Positions 60,553 to 64,000 of a stretch of 64,000 bases of DNA are shown in pieces (position 1 is the stretch's first letter; every line of letters starts with the position of its first letter). Origin of the DNA: an uncultured delta proteobacterium. GTDB taxonomy: Bacteria > Desulfobacterota > Desulfobacteria > Desulfobacterales > SG8-13. Location of the stretch: assembly GCA_963848135.1 (NCBI GenBank), contig CAWKCK010000005.1:434001-498000 (forward strand), read 5' to 3'. Made by a program: the position numbers and the translations under genes. Below the pieces are notes generated by a model. The model searched no databases. It had not been told where the DNA came from and worked only from the letters and a program-made list of their open reading frames with translations.

Positions 60553-61803
60553 CTATTGACCGATGTTGCTTTTGTAATGTTTCTGCACTTCCACAAGCTC
60601 CTCGGCAGTCCTGACGATCTCCTCTCCTTGAATGGATACGAAGATGCGCGGAATGGAAAAACCAAATTCCTTGTCCCACTTGGTTTCACCCCACAAACAA
60701 TCCTCTATGACCGAATGGTCAGCACCCACCATGATCTTCCAGCCTTCTGGGGTTTCCCACGCCAGCGGCTCTTTTTCCACCGCCTGAATGATCTTTTCGG
60801 AATTGGTAGTTCCGGCCCGCTCCACTGCCGATTTGATGAAATAAACCCCCGCATAGGTCTCCGCTGCCATATAATCCGGGTATTCCTTAAACCGGTCATA
60901 ATAGTCTTTGACGAATTTTTTGTTCATGGATGAGTTGGGCGATGTAAAAAAGTAACGGGAAGAAACATAGATACCCTCGGGCATCTCCTTGCCCAATGGA
61001 ATGAGAACTTCCAGGGCCCCGGCAACGGGAAACGCAAATTTGACCTTATCAAAAAGTCCTGTGGGCAACGCCTGCCGTATGAATGTAACGGCATCGCCAC
61101 CCCAAAGCGGCGACCAGACCACATCCGGTTTCAACTCTTCGATCTGTTTGATATACTCCGAATAGTCTTTGGATAGGAATTTGGGAAACAGCTCCCCTAC
61201 GATTTCGACATCGGGCCGGAGTTCCTGGAGCTTGGATTTGAACATTTCCCAGGATGCGTGTCCATAGGAATAGTCGGGCCCGATGCACATGTAGCGTTTG
61301 TATGGTTTAGTCGCCAGAAAGTAAGCGCCGGAGCGGGAGTGCATCATGGCATTGCTTAAGGTACTAAAAATGTATGGATGTATTTTTGCACCGGTAAGGG
61401 CATCGGTGGCAGCCTGGGTAGTTACTAGAATTTTTTTATATTCTTTGGCAACCTCGGTGAGTGAGAGGGCGATTCCGCTGGAGGTGGGGCCCATCAAAAA
61501 GTCAACCCTGTCCTCGGTAATGAACTTTTTGGCCAGGTTGATGGCAATATCCTTTTTAAGAAGCGTATCCTCAACTGTGGCTTCTAGTTTTTTACCTAAA
61601 ATACCACCGTTCGCGTTGATTTCATCCACGGCCAGTTCAATGGCCTGCTTCCCATGTTTGCCGTAACCCCCCATCTTTCCAGATGAGATAAACATAGCTC
61701 CCAGTCTGACAACACCTTCATCAGCAATGGCTGCTGGAATGATAACTTGCCCAAGGATAAAAAAGAATACAGCTAAAGTTGCGAAACATTGTTTTTTCCT
61801 CAT
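60553..61803 (-). CDS. Branched-chain amino acid-type ABC substrate-binding protein
   Basis: Signal peptide; AVDEINANGGILG, GPTSS, DYSYG. Confidence 0.9.
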   Translation of the reverse strand: MRKKQCFATLAVFFFILGQVIIPAAIADEGVVRLGAMFISSGKMGGYGKHGKQAIELAVDEINANGGILGKKLEATVEDTLLKKDIAINLAKKFITEDRVDFLMGPTSSGIALSLTEVAKEYKKILVTTQAATDALTGAKIHPYIFSTLSNAMMHSRSGAYFLATKPYKRYMCIGPDYSYGHASWEMFKSKLQELRPDVEIVGELFPKFLSKDYSEYIKQIEELKPDVVWSPLWGGDAVTFIRQALPTGLFDKVKFAFPVAGALEVLIPLGKEMPEGIYVSSRYFFTSPNSSMNKKFVKDYYDRFKEYPDYMAAETYAGVYFIKSAVERAGTTNSEKIIQAVEKEPLAWETPEGWKIMVGADHSVIEDCLWGETKWDKEFGFSIPRIFVSIQGEEIVRTAEELVEVQKHYKSNIGQ

Positions 61804-62150
61804 ACTTCCCCCATTTCGTCAATGTTTGTGTTGCACAACGGTCTTTATATCCCACAACATTATTAGTCTTTAGGGCCAGTGGATTCGATCACCTCCTCTC
61901 TGCAGGCAGACGGTTGTCCATGGTTGTCGCCAAACTGGTAATTAAATTAGTGGAGTCCATTTCACAGATTTGGAGATTATATGGAATTTGTGGGGTGGGT
62001 CAATACTATTGATTTCTAACCACTGAATGACATAAAAGGAAATCGACTGTTTGATAGCTCAGGGATCATGCAGATAGATCAATTAAGCCTTTGTGACAGA
62101 TAAGCTGTCATTTTAGCTGGTTTCTTGGGAGGCGGGTTTACTGTGATATT

Positions 62151-62212
62151 CTTCAAGGTTTGAAATGGGCGGCCGCAGAGCGAAGGCAGTCCGCTCGATG
62201 GAAGGATTAGGT
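62151..62212 (-). other. Degenerate integron attC-like site downstream of the PaaI gene
   Basis: Minus strand ACCTAAT-CCTTCCATCGAGCGGAC...GCCGCCCATTTCAAA-CCTTGAAG has R''/L''/L'/R' spacing with mutated cores. Confidence 0.6.
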
Positions 62213-62251
62213 TTCAGACAGTCTCTAAGAAAAAATTGGCGGTTTCGTATC

Positions 62252-62653
62252 CTACCGTGGAATCGAGTACGTGCCGACGACATGGGCCACAGGTTCTTCG
62301 ATACCCTCCGAGTACAAAGATACCTCACCGACTGCCAACGATTTGCCCATTTTCATGAGATTGCAGACACCGACGATGGCTCTGTCCGCTGACGGTTTCC
62401 GCATGAAGTTGATGCTCAGGTTTGTTGTGACAATAAGGGGAACGATTCCGATTTCGCCAAGAATTGCCACATAAAGCGCGACGTCAGCGACGGTCATGAG
62501 CACGGGACCGGACACGGTTCCACCTGGTCGTAGTTGGTGGGCACCGACCTGAAGTTTGACAGTTGCCGATCTGCCCCCAACCGCCTCAACGGTGCAATTG
62601 GTATGGGGATACTCCGCGGCAAGGAATTCAACAATCTCTGCCCTGGTTGCCAT
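62252..62653 (-). CDS. PaaI family thioesterase (putative gene cassette)
   Basis: LRPGGTVSGP...ADVA, TTNLSINFMRK. Confidence 0.9.
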   Translation of the reverse strand: MATRAEIVEFLAAEYPHTNCTVEAVGGRSATVKLQVGAHQLRPGGTVSGPVLMTVADVALYVAILGEIGIVPLIVTTNLSINFMRKPSADRAIVGVCNLMKMGKSLAVGEVSLYSEGIEEPVAHVVGTYSIPR

Positions 62654-62669
62654 ACGCTCCTTTCCTGAA

Positions 62670-62759
62670 ACCTAATGTTCAAGGTAGCCGACCGCCGCAG
62701 GCCTGAGGGAACCTGCAAGCGTGGCTTGCAGGCGGACCGAATTGACCGAGAGGCTAACC
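62670..62759 (-). other. Degenerate integron attC-like site downstream of the GNAT gene
   Basis: Minus strand GGTTAGC-CTCTCGGTCAA..CCGCCTGCAAGC..GCTTGCAGG..GGCGG..GGCTACCTTGAAC-ATTAGGT; imperfect palindrome overlapping the stop codon. Confidence 0.65.
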
Positions 62760-63155
62760 ACCCTTCAGCATCCATGCCCGAGGAGTATGTTCGAAGCCGA
62801 GCCTCGGGTAGTAATCATTTGCTTCGGGTGCGGCCAAAAGGACGATCATGCACTCAGGCCCCAGACGGCGCTTAGTTTCTTGGATGAGCTGCTTACCGAT
62901 GCCTTGTCTTTGATAGTCCGTGTCGACAACGAGGTCTGCAAGGTAGGCGACGTATGTGAAGTCGGTCAGCGATCGTGAAATGCCCACCAAACGCTTGCCA
63001 TGCCAAGCCGAAACGGTGAGGTTCGCGTTCTTCAGCATGCCTTTGAATATGTCGGGGCGATCGACAGGCCTTCTTTCGCCAAGAGTTGACCTCTTGTAGA
63101 GATCAATTGCGACCTCGACAGTGATGTCGGCATCATCGCGGTATTCAATGTCCAT
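62754..63155 (-). CDS. GNAT family N-acetyltransferase (putative gene cassette)
   Basis: YLADLVV...YQRQGIGK motif A; YYPRLGF. Confidence 0.92.
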   Translation of the reverse strand: MDIEYRDDADITVEVAIDLYKRSTLGERRPVDRPDIFKGMLKNANLTVSAWHGKRLVGISRSLTDFTYVAYLADLVVDTDYQRQGIGKQLIQETKRRLGPECMIVLLAAPEANDYYPRLGFEHTPRAWMLKGG

Positions 63156-63245
63156 CGGAGCTCAACTGAAGTGGCTAACAATAATTAGATTGATCCGCAC
63201 AAAATGCGGACTTCCTTGTTTCTGTCCGCATAAGACACCTTAAAT

Positions 63246-64000
63246 TTACTTTGATCCGGTCAGTTTCAGAATGATTCCGGAGGGTAACGACTCGCCGAAC
63301 ATGGCCTTCTGTTCCTGACGCGCAATCGGCATGGTTTTGCGAACCGGATCGATCAGATCTGACGGCAATTCATTTTCTTGCATCCAGGTCAACACCCGGG
63401 TGCGCATTTTTTCATCCAGGTCCCGGATTCGGTCGTTTGTTTTTCGGGCCATTCGGGAGACCGCCCGGGCAATCGTGATCGGATTGGAACGGTCATAACC
63501 GAGAAGTCGTTCGATCCAGGGTACCACCTCCGCCGGCGGTATAACGCGGTCTACCGGACCGTATAGCAATTCTCGGGCCCCAAGCCGGGATAACGCCCAT
63601 AGATGCTGCGCTTTAATTTTTCGGGGGGGCACCTCGTCGATCAACCGCCCTCCCAACGCGGCTTTTTCCTTGGGATCGAGTTTTTCCATATTTGCTACCG
63701 CCATCCAGATTTCAAGACGTTCCTGGAGCGGGATTCTGGGTGAAGCGGTTTTCTTACCGAACAACACCATGGAAATATTTTGGAAAAACTGCCTCTGCTG
63801 GCCGGGAGTCAGGCCGGCCGCGACACGGCGCCACAGAATCCACCACTCCAGCCGGACCCGGGGATGTTTGGGATGTTTCAGGCCGCTCATGTATAACTTC
63901 CATACGTGGCCGATGCGCTGCTTGTCGAAGCTTTCGCCGATACCGGGGCGCAGGCAAAAGCCCAGCAGGTTCATCCAGCCGCTCTCATGAACAGGGCTTA
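63246..64000 (-). CDS. C-terminal part of a large Hsp70-associated (DUF3731-like) protein, truncated by window edge
   Basis: NLLGFCLRPG.G, WWILWRRVAAGL, WALSRLGAR...YGP, FGESLPSG motifs. Confidence 0.75.
   Translation of the reverse strand, partial: SPVHESGWMNLLGFCLRPGIGESFDKQRIGHVWKLYMSGLKHPKHPRVRLEWWILWRRVAAGLTPGQQRQFFQNISMVLFGKKTASPRIPLQERLEIWMAVANMEKLDPKEKAALGGRLIDEVPPRKIKAQHLWALSRLGARELLYGPVDRVIPPAEVVPWIERLLGYDRSNPITIARAVSRMARKTNDRIRDLDEKMRTRVLTWMQENELPSDLIDPVRKTMPIARQEQKAMFGESLPSGIILKLTGSK

Overview
64 kb of a bacterial chromosome that looks like a Desulfobacterales-type deltaproteobacterium. This is inferred from gene content: tupABC, a UGA/Sec peroxiredoxin, DUF3786, sigma54-type promoters and palindromic intergenic repeats. 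No rRNA, tRNA or CRISPR array was seen. Most of the window is a patchwork of accessory redox, stress and envelope genes. 7.6-13.7 kb carries many single-base frameshifts, probably long-read consensus errors. Main points: (1) a co-oriented nine-gene envelope cluster (37585-48842) with a MotA/TolQ/ExbB channel, two vWA proteins each starting with an ExbD/MotB-like Asp-bearing TM helix, a PEGA/FGE-fold protein, a TPR protein, a lipoprotein and a degenerate Hsp70/actin-like-FHA protein, proposed as an uncharacterised ion-driven envelope machine; (2) a selenocysteine BCP peroxiredoxin with a SECIS-like hairpin, split by the ORF track; (3) a DEP-like domain fused to a flavin disulfide reductase; (4) two integron-like cassettes with decayed attC sites, no integrase in the window, and a dif-like site upstream; (5) several MITE/REP-like repeat families, including an IS66-like MITE nested in another repeat with an 8-bp target duplication; (6) a photolyase-renalase fusion; (7) a stand-alone AEP primase-like protein; (8) several visible operators. 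All family assignments come from motif recognition by eye, not database searches.
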